Source of the DNA: Bacteroidota bacterium
GTDB taxonomy: Bacteria > Bacteroidota > Bacteroidia > Bacteroidales > GCA-2748055
DNA: 64,000 nt
Direction: 5' to 3'
Assembly: GCA_039714915.1 (NCBI GenBank)
Contig: JBDLIM010000011.1
Span: forward strand, 1,382 to 65,381
The translations under genes were made by a program, and so were the position numbers. Below are positions 18,301 through 28,007 of this stretch, piece after piece. Below the pieces are notes generated by a model. It was not told the origin of the DNA and did no database searches. It saw nothing but the letters and a program-made list of their open reading frames with translations. Each line of letters begins with the position of its first letter. Position 1 is the stretch's first letter.

Positions 18301-21300
18301 CCCTGAGTGTAAAGTTCTGGGAAGAACTAAGTTCGCATGTACTTACGGGATCCAGGATATCTATCAGGTCCAGATCATTGGGAGCTTCCAGAATCCTGAC
18401 ATCATCCACCGCCAGGCCATCATAGTTATTATTTACTTTGTCAGCTCCGAATTCAAACCTGAACTGCACATTGTCTTCACCAACAAGGTTTGAAGGAAGT
18501 GTGTGCCTGGCTGTGATCCATCCTCCACTATGTCCGCTCCAGCCGTTCTGGCCCAGTGCCGATACCGGGTTGCCCGTGTACCAGTTCCAATAGCTATCGT
18601 AGCCTGAGCTATTGGCTATGGAAGCCCAGTTCTCTCCTTCATCCAGGGAATACTCAAGGGTGGCTCCATCTACACCCTCCTCCGAATCCATCCAGAGTTT
18701 TGCCTCAAACATGGGATTTGTTAATCCGGTCAGATCAAAGCAGGGTGAAACCAGGTGTCCCTGCTCTTCACTGCTCAGATCACCCTTCACCATGAAATCA
18801 TCTATGGCCCACCCTTCAGCAACTGCCGAGGTATGGAAAAGGGAAAACCTGAATCTGAGTTCATTGGTATAGCTCAATGAATCGTGCACGGGAATATCCC
18901 GGGTTTGATAATATACCTCGCTGATCCCTCCCTCGGTGTTTTTCCAGAGTTCCACCCAGCTGGCTCCATTATCGATACTGGCCTCCAGCTTTAAAGAATC
19001 CCCGTTCTGTACAACGATCCAACTGGCAAAACTAACAATCAAGTTGCTGTACCGGCTCACATCAATGGCCGGAGAAACAGCTGTATAGGCCGATCCTGTA
19101 TTGATCCCGTTCTCGTACAAATAGGGATTAGTTCCAAGTCCGCTCAGGTCAGTACCTATGCAGTAATATCCTTCAAATGCAAAATAAGGCAGATAGAGAT
19201 TGCTGGGTTGAGCCCGTTCGAACTCCCCGCTGTAAGTCCAGCCCAGATCTGCTTCAAAATCATCTGAGAAAATAATTTCGTTTTTATCGGCTAAGATATC
19301 CCCATAACTTTCCGACAATCCGGTAACCCAGCTGCTGTTGCCCGAAAATGCTGAATTTATAACGCTGCCTGACGGACTACCGAACTCCCACAAACTAGGG
19401 CCAAAGGGCCTCCAGTATCCATCATTCGATTCAAAATCCTCCATGTACGGAGGAGCATATGTAGGCACAATAAACAAATCCATTTCCAATTCATCATTAT
19501 CAGCAAACTGGTCGCCGGGCAGGGCTGTCTTAGCAATGACCGAGGGCCTGTAACCCGGCTGGGACAGATCCACCCTGCTTGGGAAGGTAAATACCACGGA
19601 ACCGCCCACCGGAATATTCTGATTCATCTGGTCAGCCTTCCAGGTATCTCCTCCGTCCATGGAGTAAGCTACCAGGACCGGATCCACAATTTCCGCACCC
19701 CCGTAATTGCTGATACGCACGGTCACTGAATCACTGGCCGTATGGCCACTTCCACTCTGAGGGTAGATCCATTCGGACACACCCACATCCTTGGAAATAA
19801 ATTCGCCTGTCACAAAGACGTCGTCTATGTTCCATCCCGAATAGTTACTGAATCCATCCGTGGGACCCAGTTTAAAACGTACCTTCAATTGATCCGAAGT
19901 GGCATATTGGTCAGATATATAGATCTGTTCATTGATCCACTGGAAATCACTGAGGTAGGAAGAACTCTCCCAGATGGTGTTCCAGGTGCTCCCACCGTCA
20001 TCGCTCACCTGGATGGACGACTCATCCCACACCTCAATATTTAAGTGACGGCGAAAGAAAAGATTCAGGCTTTTGTAATAATAAGCATTAATAACAGGCG
20101 AAGTTGCCAAATAACTGTTTGCATCTGTTAATTCGGGTTCATAATGATAAGGATTGACCCCCTGTCCGCTCACATCAGTACCCAGAATTTGGGTTCCGCT
20201 GACAGCAGCCTCCGGATTCGGGTTCCCGGGAGATCCTCCCATTCCATTGGGAACAGCCACTTCGAACTCGCCTGTAAGATCCCAAGCATGGCTGCCTTCA
20301 AAATCCTGCCGGTACAGGGTCTCATAAATCTGGATCTCTCCCGAAGGGGACTGGTCGGTTGACGGATACTGGCTGCTATTTACCAGGATCCCATTGGCAG
20401 GAACCATCACATCCAGGATATTTCCATGGCTAGCTCCCAGCTCGATATCACCCGTCACCCATAAATAGGATCTGCCGGGAGGCAGGCTGTAGTTAAGCCC
20501 GGTAAAGGAGGCCTCCCCGGAAACAAAATCAACAGGGGAGCCAAGTTGCATGTCCTTACTGAAGTTCTGGGTAGTGGTGTGAAAAAGCTTCATGCCATTG
20601 GATAACAGATCATTATCTGAGGTGTTTAAGGAGTTTATCTGAACCGAATTAAGCATGGCTGAACCCGTATTTCCATATACATCCACATCAATACGAAGCA
20701 GGGGTATGTTTGATGATCCGGAAGGGACCACATTGTCGAAAGGTTGTGAAAAATTCATATCCCCGATGTAGAGTTGCTGTGTACCGGTCTCCTGAATAAG
20801 GATGTTATCAATGCATGTTCCGTACCCCCACCTTGTATGCCCTTCAAAAGCCACATAATAATTGGAGGATGCATTGGGCAGCACCAGCGTTTGCTCTTCC
20901 CAGTCATAGACCGGATCGAGGTATTCATGCAGAAGCACCCATTCTCCTTCCTGTGTAGTTTTGTAAAAGATCCTGAGCACATCCCAGCCCGATGCCCCCT
21001 CGAAGTTCCAGGGGATCTGACAGAGGTAAAAGCTGAGTTCCAGACTGGTAGCTCCCAGCAGATCCAGTTCAGGGGTAATCAGCTTGGTGCGTTCGTTATT
21101 ATCCCCCTGCTTAAAAAAGATGGCATTATAGGTACCCTCGTAAGCGGAAGGCGGATTCCTGGTAATGTCTTCCTCACCGGCAGGGACCAGCCAGTTGTTA
21201 TCGTTGGGGCTGTGACCCCCGTTTCTGTAGCGCCAGGGTTCAAAGCCAAATGTGGTCTCTTCGGTCCAGTCGGCCGGTCTGGCCCCCGTTTCAAATCCTT

Positions 21301-21379
21301 CACTCAAATGTACTTGTGCGCGAACCGAAAGTGTTATAACTGTCAGCAGGAGGATGATACAAACTTTTCTGGGCTTCAT
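15335..21379 (-). CDS. Giant T9SS type-A cargo (~2014 aa): MAM/cleaved-adhesin-like beta-sandwiches, a sialidase-N-like domain, CARDB/Ig-like plus 'YLWQDGS' repeats
   Basis: Likely start MKPRKVCII at 21379 with a signal peptide ending VRA-Q. Four EGFE/DFE...SP.IDL...IDD domains, five D(L/V).....P.S.C.L modules each followed by a SYLWQDGS module, and CTD VRIYPNP...G.YFLRI..VIID. Confidence 0.85.
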   Translation of the reverse strand: MKPRKVCIILLLTVITLSVRAQVHLSEGFETGARPADWTEETTFGFEPWRYRNGGHSPNDNNWLVPAGEEDITRNPPSAYEGTYNAIFFKQGDNNERTKLITPELDLLGATSLELSFYLCQIPWNFEGASGWDVLRIFYKTTQEGEWVLLHEYLDPVYDWEEQTLVLPNASSNYYVAFEGHTRWGYGTCIDNILIQETGTQQLYIGDMNFSQPFDNVVPSGSSNIPLLRIDVDVYGNTGSAMLNSVQINSLNTSDNDLLSNGMKLFHTTTQNFSKDMQLGSPVDFVSGEASFTGLNYSLPPGRSYLWVTGDIELGASHGNILDVMVPANGILVNSSQYPSTDQSPSGEIQIYETLYRQDFEGSHAWDLTGEFEVAVPNGMGGSPGNPNPEAAVSGTQILGTDVSGQGVNPYHYEPELTDANSYLATSPVINAYYYKSLNLFFRRHLNIEVWDESSIQVSDDGGSTWNTIWESSSYLSDFQWINEQIYISDQYATSDQLKVRFKLGPTDGFSNYSGWNIDDVFVTGEFISKDVGVSEWIYPQSGSGHTASDSVTVRISNYGGAEIVDPVLVAYSMDGGDTWKADQMNQNIPVGGSVVFTFPSRVDLSQPGYRPSVIAKTALPGDQFADNDELEMDLFIVPTYAPPYMEDFESNDGYWRPFGPSLWEFGSPSGSVINSAFSGNSSWVTGLSESYGDILADKNEIIFSDDFEADLGWTYSGEFERAQPSNLYLPYFAFEGYYCIGTDLSGLGTNPYLYENGINTGSAYTAVSPAIDVSRYSNLIVSFASWIVVQNGDSLKLEASIDNGASWVELWKNTEGGISEVYYQTRDIPVHDSLSYTNELRFRFSLFHTSAVAEGWAIDDFMVKGDLSSEEQGHLVSPCFDLTGLTNPMFEAKLWMDSEEGVDGATLEYSLDEGENWASIANSSGYDSYWNWYTGNPVSALGQNGWSGHSGGWITARHTLPSNLVGEDNVQFRFEFGADKVNNNYDGLAVDDVRILEAPNDLDLIDILDPVSTCELSSSQNFTLRVRNSGNISLEAGDSLQVGYYIERNGDIQTGEETMVLDQSLNAGSFRNITMSTPFDFSISGDYMTNVYLMTEDPHFYKAVSGDTLTRLIEVKKPHVDFGEDISTVRPDTVILRAYSGVSGQSYLWQDSSSDSLFQVSTDGTYYVQVTNGLGCTASDTIQVLQLLADVGVESLVSPVSDCELGDQLPIEVIIRNFGTDTLENGESILISYLINQAGLYEETIVLAERFRPGESMNFVFTQKYDFSAPGAYHMKLFTSLAEDFTAANDTLFHTLETFGYPDSYLGPDTLVQSSEYELSPASGYAEYLWQDGSTAESFLIDEPGTGMYYVFMSDENQCSSSDTVIVTLKVIDLSLEELLAPATSCELSESITVSARIKNTGNMNLASGETIRIAYQIDGATPEEENIILTEDLLTGHSLDFTFTKSETVQAGQWYDFTVFVDYASDSRSWNDSIIQSVGVYETPLLDLGEDFQVITDLEHTLDAGGGFVSYLWQDGSEEQTFTITEPGIGVYSVTVSDANGCSVSDEAEVMLVVPDIGIGMLSHPQTTCHLDSSEHIQVDIKNFGNWDIEPGADISVAYSINGREAVVEPVVLNETFENGAVIEHIFSTTEDFRIAGRYEILVYTLFAPDLIPSNDIVFENVDHYGSPVIDIGEGKDTILTFAPLTLSATPGYPSYLWQDGSTDTDYFIADPSEGMYVVSVSADNECVTVDSVYVAYDQPDIELSRIVSPVSTCDLNPDLKPSLEILNKGFYRIPTTDIITITYRVGDESSVIELIHLESDLQSGQSAVLTFGEGYDFSNLGLYQVQASVIWTPDEDVSNNFLINDVNVWTAPVVEIGGGKDTLISDLPLTLDAGSEFSTYIWQDKSTMSTYEVIASGLYWVEVSDAHGCADRDSVYVASITASRDDLILQEQVRIYPNPADEVLFVALELETEQEVVLELYTISNALVLRKELERIRTTETRIKVQDLTPGTYFLRIILDGRPHNTLVIID

Positions 21380-21400
21380 AGGGTAATTTTTAAATACATG

Positions 21401-21446
21401 CAACCATATAACCTTACCACTGGTTTCTACGTATAGTTGCACTATA
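21401..21446. promoter_or_regulatory. Back-to-back -7-like elements (TAnnGTTGC on both strands) plus the palindrome TATAGT-TGC-ACTATA
   Basis: Minus strand TATGGTTG at 21408-21401, plus strand TATAGTTG at 21432-21439, inverted repeat at 21432-21446. Each box has one mismatch to TAnnTTTG. Confidence 0.35.
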
Positions 21447-21483
21447 AAGTTTAATCTTTCACTCTGCTAAAGAAGAACAGACC

Positions 21484-24400
21484 TTGATAAACGCTCTGAA
21501 CAAACTGGTTTTTTGGACTCTATTCACTCTGACAATAGGTCATTCCTCCCTGTCCAGCGCGCAGACAGATACGGATTTCTGGTTTGTGGTGCCCGAATTA
21601 TCCCACCGGGGAAATACAGGGGGAACTCCGGGAACCCTGAGGCTTTCTACCCTGGAACTGGAAGCCACCGTGACCATCAGCATGCCTGCCAATCCCTACG
21701 ATGCAGTCACAAATCCAAACGGATTCCAGGACATTGTCCTTACCATCCCGCCAAACGCTGCTTCAGCCGTGGATCTGAGCCATCTTATCGATGACGCAGC
21801 CAATCCTAACAGAAACCTGCTGGAAAATAAACCTCTTACGGTGGAAGGGATCAATAATTTTGGTTTGCACATCACCTCCACCAATGTGATCAATGCTTAC
21901 TGGGAGGTAAATTATCAATACGGATCCGACCTGTGGACTTTAAAAGGCTCCAATGGAGTGGGTACGCTCTTTTATACCCCTTTTCAAACCCTGTATAACA
22001 ACATCAATGTCCTGCCCAGGGCTTATTCAGCCATTGATATGGTGGCCACCGAAGACAATACACAAATAACCATTCAACTACCTCCCGGAAAAGCTGCCAG
22101 TTACGGTTTTAATGCAGCAAGAACCATTCCTGCCGGAGGAAGTTACACAACTCCGCCTCTCAGAAAGGGCCAGACCTTTTCGGTTTATCCATTCAGGTAC
22201 AGCCCCCTGGGAGCCGATCGACTGGCTGGCACCCGTGTCTCTGCCACAGCTCCCATCGCCGTAAGCGTGAAAGACGATGGTCTGATGACACCCCCTTCAG
22301 GACAGACGGTGATAGGAGATCAGATTGTCCCTGTGAGTATTGCAGGTGATAACTACATTGTTCCCGAGGTTCAGAATCCCAATCACATATATATCCTGGC
22401 CACGGAGGATAACACCAATATCAATGTTTTTGAGGCCGATGGGACCCTTATTCTGAATACCATTCTGAACGAAGGAGAGCAGGTCATGGTTACGGTTCCC
22501 AATGGCTCCAAGTATGCCCGCATTACCTCCAGGATCAACGCCGGGGATCCTTTTAAACCCATATATGTATGGCAACTGGTGGGTACCGGGAATCAGAACC
22601 GGGGCGGGGCCCTGGTACCACCCATTGGATGTACGGGGAACACCCAGCTGGCATTTACCCGGGCCAGGGAAGGAGAAAACAATTTCTATTTCTATATTAT
22701 TACGGAAAAGCAGAATATGGATAAGTTCCTGATCGATGGGGTAAGGAACGACAACATCATCTCCCCGGTCATTGGAAACAACGGCTTTACAGAGCTGGCA
22801 GGAAGCGGGGGCTGGGTGGCCCAGATAACTTCCTCCATCAATGCCAATGTGCTGGAAGAAGGGCAGCACCTGGTGGAGAATACAGGGGGAATCTTCCACC
22901 TGGGGATTATCAATGGATTTCCATCAGCTCAAAGAGGAGCCTTATTTTATGGATATTATTCAGATTTTGGAGGCCTGAATGTGGGAGCTACCGTAGCAGG
23001 AACCAATTCATCGGTAGTCAGGGCCTGTTTCGGGGAACCGGTACAGCTTTACGCTTTCGGTGGAACTACTTATGAATGGACTCCCAATACCTACCTGGAT
23101 GATGCCTATATTAACCTTCCCACGGCATATAATCTTCCTGCCGGACCCCACGACTATACGGTGGAAGTATCGGGTACTTGCGGTTCGGGAGAAATTGATC
23201 TGACCATCGTAGTGGCCCAGCCAGTAAAAGCCCATTTCGAGACCAATGTGACTTCCGGGTGTTCGCCCCTGGAGATCACCTTCGAGGACCAGTCCACCGG
23301 GGTGTATGAATGGCAGTATGACCTGGGTGACGGATCCCCCCTGCTGAGGTATGACAGCATAACAAGCAATGATCCTATTGGGAACGCCTGGCCACTTCCC
23401 CCTGATCCATTTACATTCACCAATACCTATATCAATACCACAGATCAGCCCATTGATTATGAGATCACCCTGCTGGTAAAAAATTCCAGCGGTTGTGCCG
23501 ACATTGTTGCCAAAACCATCACGGTGTTCCCGGAGATCGACGCGTCCTTTACCGCCGATCCGGTGGATGGATGTGAACCCCTGGAAGTATTTTACACCAA
23601 CACTTCCACCGGCGATACAGCTACCTGGTTATGGGATTTTGGGGACGGGGGCTCCTCCATAGTAAGGGATCCTGTGCATGAATTCAGGAACCTCTTCGGT
23701 CCCGATAACTACATTTATGATACCCGGCTTGTGGCCATCTCTCCCTATAACTGCCGGGATACCGCCACGCTTCCCATTACAGTAAGACCGTACATAGAAG
23801 CCAGTTTTGCTTACGATACCGTAGCAGAGTGCGCACCTCACGAGATTGTGATCACCGATCAATCCATCGGGGCCGATATCTATCACTGGGACTTTGGCGA
23901 TGGAGATACTTCCAACTCCCCGGGACCCGTGATCTTCCACACCTATGAAAACGATAACCCCGTCCCGGTGACCTACACCCTAAGCCTGAGGGTGGAAAAT
24001 GAAGAGGGATGTACCCATCAGATTCAACGGGAAGTTACCGTTTATCCGTCAGTAAAGGCCCGCTTCCTGGTTAATCCTGAAGAAGCCTGTTCACCGGCCG
24101 AGTTTATTTTCCAGAACCTGTCTTCGGATTCCTCATCGGCAAATGATCTTACCTATCTCTGGGATTTCGGAGACGGGGGAAGCTCCACGGAGGAGCATCC
24201 TATCCATTTGTACGACCGGAACATGTTGCGGCACGACACTGTATTTACTGTAAGCCTGGTGGTCACTTCCAATGAGCTGTGCCGGGATACTGCTCAATTT
24301 GACGTGGTGCTGCACCCTTATATTGAAGCAGCCTTTACCGTGGAAGATGTGGTGGGCTGTGATCCATTTCCGGTCATCATAAACAATGAATCCATCGGAG

Positions 24401-27400
24401 TAGATTACTATTTATGGGATTTTGGGGACAATACGGCTCAAAGCACCAGTGATTCATCCATCATCAACCATATTTATCTCAACGAAGACTCTGTAACGGC
24501 TGTGTATCCACTGACACTGGTGGTTGCCAATGAAGAGGGATGCAGGGATACTCTGGTCAGGAACATTACCGTGCACCCTATGATCACTGCAAGATTTTCC
24601 ACTGATGGCCTGGACGGTTGTCACCCGCTTACGATAACGTTTACCGACCTCTCGGTAAATGCCGTGAACTATCTGTGGGACTTTGGCGATGGTGCGGCTT
24701 CGGTAGAGTCCTCTCCGGAGCATACCTTTACTAATTATGGTTCATCGGATACCACCTACATGGTCACTTTAACCACCTCCACAGCAGACGGAGAGTGTGT
24801 AAAATCCATTGAATGGCCCATCACCGTCTATCCCCAGGTGTCCGCCGAGTTTACCTTCCCCAATGCACAGGGATGCGGCCCCTTTGAAGTAAGCTTTGAT
24901 AACCTTTCCATCGGGGGGACAAGCTTTATCTGGGATTTTGGAGACGGAAGCATTGATACGGTTTTTGATACCAGCTCACAAACTCATATTTTTATTAATA
25001 GTAATTTCTCTGATAGCCAGGATTTTGATGTGAGTCTCAGGGTGAGGAACGATCAGGGTTGTACAAGTGAAGTGACCAAAATGGTTACTGTATACCCGGG
25101 AATAGACGCAGGATTCACTGCTTCTGATACTGCAGGATGTCATCCCCTGGAGATTAATTTTTATAATCAAACAAGTGGCGGAGAAACCTATGTCTGGGAT
25201 TTCGGGGACGGCTCCACCTCCAACCTTCTGGACCCTGTTCACACATACAGCAATACAGGATCAGTGGATTCTGTTTATACGGTGAAGCTGCTCTCAATGG
25301 CTCCCAATAATATCTGTACCGATTCATTCTTTATGGATATTACAGTGCATCCTTATGTGGAGGCCAATTTCACCATTCCTGATCACCTGGGGTGCACTCC
25401 GTTTGAAGCGACTTTTGAAAATTCTTCCATTGGAGGGGATATCTTCCGTTGGGACTTTGGAGACGGGACAGATACCACAACTGTGAACACTGATCCGGTT
25501 AGCCACCTCTATGTCAATCCTGACTTTGCAAACCAACTTGATTTTGAAGTAAGCCTGGAGGTAGAGAACTTTGCGGGCTGTGTCCATTCAATCACCAGAA
25601 CCATCACTGTGGAACCGGATATTAGTGCCGGATTTACTGCCAGTCCGACGGAGGGTTGTCATCCCCTGAGCGTTGATTTTACAAACCTGACACTGGGCGC
25701 AGCAACTTATCTGTGGGACTTCGGGAACGGGACCACTTCCTCGGAAACTGATCCGTCTCAAACCTTTACCAACATCGGATCTACCGACACCACTTATCGC
25801 GTTTGGCTCATTGCCACTGCCTCCAACCAGTTTTGCCAGGATTCCTTCTTTGTGGATATCCTGGTTCATCCCTACGTTATGGCTGATTTTGCCTTCCAGG
25901 AACAGATCCACTGTACCCCTTCTGAAGTTCAATTTCATAATGCATCGGTAGGGGGGAACATCTTCCGCTGGGACTTTGGCGACGGAACCGATACCATCAC
26001 CACGGATATGAACCCGGTAACCCACATTTTTAGCAATTCCAGCTACATTGAGAATGGTACATTCCAGGTGACCCTGACTGTGGAGAATGAAGCCGGATGC
26101 ATGGACCAGATCGTGAAAATAGTGGAAGTCTATCCTGCTATTCTGGCTGAGTTCAGCATGAATGTGGATGAAGGATGCCATCCCCTTGAAGTCGATTTCA
26201 GCAATCTTTCCCTGGGAGGGAATACTTTTATCTGGGACTTTGGAGATGGAGCATCCAGTGAGGCCGATGATCCTTTGCACACCTTTACCAATTTTACGGA
26301 TGACCCGGTAACACGACAGGTTCACCTGCTGGCTACCTCCCAATTCAATTGCACCAGCGAGATTACTGCTGAGGTCACCATTCATCCGAAACCCACAGCC
26401 AGGTTTGAAACGGCCAGCATTATTGATTGCCCGCCCTTCGACCTGCCCATTCTAAATACCAGTCTGAATGCGGATAACTTCCGCTGGCAAATGGGTGATG
26501 ATACCACCATTAACACCAGTTCCACCGATCCTTTTAACCACATATTTGAGAATTACGGGGACGACATAGCCACTTACGAACTCCGTCTGATTGCCTCCAC
26601 CAATTATGGGTGTTCAGATTCGGTACAGCAAAAGGTATATGTATATCCCCGGACCATAGCTGACTTCACGGTGAATGACGGTGATTGCAGCCCCTTCACT
26701 GCCCATTTTATTAATCAATCGATCCGGGGAGAAACCTATCTCTGGGATTTTGGAGACGGAACCAGGCTCTCCAGCACCGATCCGACCAACATGTATTTTA
26801 ATCTCTCCGGCAATGATACAAGCTATATTGTTTCACTGACTGCTACCTCCCAATACGGATGCGTGGATCAAAAGTCGGATACCATTGAGGTATATGCCCA
26901 ACCTCTGGCAGAGTTTATCCCCTCCCCGACCCATCAGATGTATCCATCCACCGAAGTGGAATTAATGAACCTGACCAATCGGGGTAACTGGGCCTACAGC
27001 TGGGATATGGGCGATGGTTCGACTTTGGATTCGGAGGAACCTGCACCTTATAGTTACTCCACCTGGGGGGATTATGAAATCTGGTTGAAGGTAGCCTCTG
27101 CCCATTGTTCGGATTCTGTTTCCCACTCCATACGTATCATTCCGGCTGTTCCGGTGGCAGACTTCGATACCATCGTGGGTGCATGTGAACCCTACACCGT
27201 TCAATTCAGGAACAATTCCATCTATGGAAATTCCTATCTGTGGGAATTTGATGACGGCACCAGTTCCACTGAATTCGAACCCGAGCATACCTTCGGGGAA
27301 TACGGGATTTACAATGTTAAACTGACTGTCTTCGGAGAAGGAGGGCGTGAATACGCGTACAGGCAGGTGGAAGTCTACCGAATGCCATTGGTTAATTTTA

Positions 27401-27951
27401 CTGTAGCGCCCGACCTGGTCATGTTACCGGACGATGAGGTTCGTTTGTTTAATCTCTCCAAGTATGGCGCCTACTACATGTGGGACTTTGGCGACGGGAA
27501 CACTTCCACAGAAGAAAATCCCAGGCATCTCTATACTCAGGTGGGCACCTATGACATCTCTCTGGAAGTTACAACCGAAAATGGGTGTGTGGACATGCTG
27601 CTGAAACCCGCTGCTGTTATTGTAGAAGGGGAAGGCATCATTATGTTCCCCAATGCTTTTAAACCCGACATGGATGGTCCCAATGGGGGTTACTACAGCC
27701 TGAACGAGCCGGAAAGGAATAACATTTTCCACCCCTACTGGGAAGGTGTACTGGAATACAATCTGGAGATTTACACCCGCTGGGGAGAGAAACTCTTCTC
27801 CAGCACCGATGTGAACATAGGTTGGGACGGATATTATAAAGGGGAACTGAGTTCGCAGGCTGTATATGTATATAAAAGCTGGGGGATCTTCATCAATGGA
27901 GAATCATTCTTCGAAAAAGGAGATGTAACCCTTATCCACCACCGGAAATAG
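21484..27951 (+). CDS. Giant T9SS type-B cargo (2155 aa): IgGFc-binding-like N-terminal domain, 17 PKD repeats, CHU_C/gliding-motility-type CTD
   Basis: TTG start and signal peptide. DFWF, ATEDNT and DQIVP motifs of the IgGFc-binding N-domain. 17 counted W(D/E/Q)(F/L/M)(G/D)D/NG cores. CTD FPNAFKPDMDG.N..F...IYTRWGE.LF...GWDG...G.VTLI. Confidence 0.88.
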   Translation: MINALNKLVFWTLFTLTIGHSSLSSAQTDTDFWFVVPELSHRGNTGGTPGTLRLSTLELEATVTISMPANPYDAVTNPNGFQDIVLTIPPNAASAVDLSHLIDDAANPNRNLLENKPLTVEGINNFGLHITSTNVINAYWEVNYQYGSDLWTLKGSNGVGTLFYTPFQTLYNNINVLPRAYSAIDMVATEDNTQITIQLPPGKAASYGFNAARTIPAGGSYTTPPLRKGQTFSVYPFRYSPLGADRLAGTRVSATAPIAVSVKDDGLMTPPSGQTVIGDQIVPVSIAGDNYIVPEVQNPNHIYILATEDNTNINVFEADGTLILNTILNEGEQVMVTVPNGSKYARITSRINAGDPFKPIYVWQLVGTGNQNRGGALVPPIGCTGNTQLAFTRAREGENNFYFYIITEKQNMDKFLIDGVRNDNIISPVIGNNGFTELAGSGGWVAQITSSINANVLEEGQHLVENTGGIFHLGIINGFPSAQRGALFYGYYSDFGGLNVGATVAGTNSSVVRACFGEPVQLYAFGGTTYEWTPNTYLDDAYINLPTAYNLPAGPHDYTVEVSGTCGSGEIDLTIVVAQPVKAHFETNVTSGCSPLEITFEDQSTGVYEWQYDLGDGSPLLRYDSITSNDPIGNAWPLPPDPFTFTNTYINTTDQPIDYEITLLVKNSSGCADIVAKTITVFPEIDASFTADPVDGCEPLEVFYTNTSTGDTATWLWDFGDGGSSIVRDPVHEFRNLFGPDNYIYDTRLVAISPYNCRDTATLPITVRPYIEASFAYDTVAECAPHEIVITDQSIGADIYHWDFGDGDTSNSPGPVIFHTYENDNPVPVTYTLSLRVENEEGCTHQIQREVTVYPSVKARFLVNPEEACSPAEFIFQNLSSDSSSANDLTYLWDFGDGGSSTEEHPIHLYDRNMLRHDTVFTVSLVVTSNELCRDTAQFDVVLHPYIEAAFTVEDVVGCDPFPVIINNESIGVDYYLWDFGDNTAQSTSDSSIINHIYLNEDSVTAVYPLTLVVANEEGCRDTLVRNITVHPMITARFSTDGLDGCHPLTITFTDLSVNAVNYLWDFGDGAASVESSPEHTFTNYGSSDTTYMVTLTTSTADGECVKSIEWPITVYPQVSAEFTFPNAQGCGPFEVSFDNLSIGGTSFIWDFGDGSIDTVFDTSSQTHIFINSNFSDSQDFDVSLRVRNDQGCTSEVTKMVTVYPGIDAGFTASDTAGCHPLEINFYNQTSGGETYVWDFGDGSTSNLLDPVHTYSNTGSVDSVYTVKLLSMAPNNICTDSFFMDITVHPYVEANFTIPDHLGCTPFEATFENSSIGGDIFRWDFGDGTDTTTVNTDPVSHLYVNPDFANQLDFEVSLEVENFAGCVHSITRTITVEPDISAGFTASPTEGCHPLSVDFTNLTLGAATYLWDFGNGTTSSETDPSQTFTNIGSTDTTYRVWLIATASNQFCQDSFFVDILVHPYVMADFAFQEQIHCTPSEVQFHNASVGGNIFRWDFGDGTDTITTDMNPVTHIFSNSSYIENGTFQVTLTVENEAGCMDQIVKIVEVYPAILAEFSMNVDEGCHPLEVDFSNLSLGGNTFIWDFGDGASSEADDPLHTFTNFTDDPVTRQVHLLATSQFNCTSEITAEVTIHPKPTARFETASIIDCPPFDLPILNTSLNADNFRWQMGDDTTINTSSTDPFNHIFENYGDDIATYELRLIASTNYGCSDSVQQKVYVYPRTIADFTVNDGDCSPFTAHFINQSIRGETYLWDFGDGTRLSSTDPTNMYFNLSGNDTSYIVSLTATSQYGCVDQKSDTIEVYAQPLAEFIPSPTHQMYPSTEVELMNLTNRGNWAYSWDMGDGSTLDSEEPAPYSYSTWGDYEIWLKVASAHCSDSVSHSIRIIPAVPVADFDTIVGACEPYTVQFRNNSIYGNSYLWEFDDGTSSTEFEPEHTFGEYGIYNVKLTVFGEGGREYAYRQVEVYRMPLVNFTVAPDLVMLPDDEVRLFNLSKYGAYYMWDFGDGNTSTEENPRHLYTQVGTYDISLEVTTENGCVDMLLKPAAVIVEGEGIIMFPNAFKPDMDGPNGGYYSLNEPERNNIFHPYWEGVLEYNLEIYTRWGEKLFSSTDVNIGWDGYYKGELSSQAVYVYKSWGIFINGESFFEKGDVTLIHHRK

Positions 27952-28007
27952 TATTTGACTTGTGTTACAGTAGGTTGTAAATTGCATATAACAAACTAAC
28001 CTACCTT

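Noticed and set aside
21700-27600. Recurring TGGGA(C/T)TTTGG(A/C)GA(C/T)GG motif at roughly regular spacing, superficially CRISPR-like
   Set aside because: Copies are degenerate at third codon positions, about 250-280 nt apart and in frame. They are the WDFGDG cores of PKD domains, and there are no cas genes.
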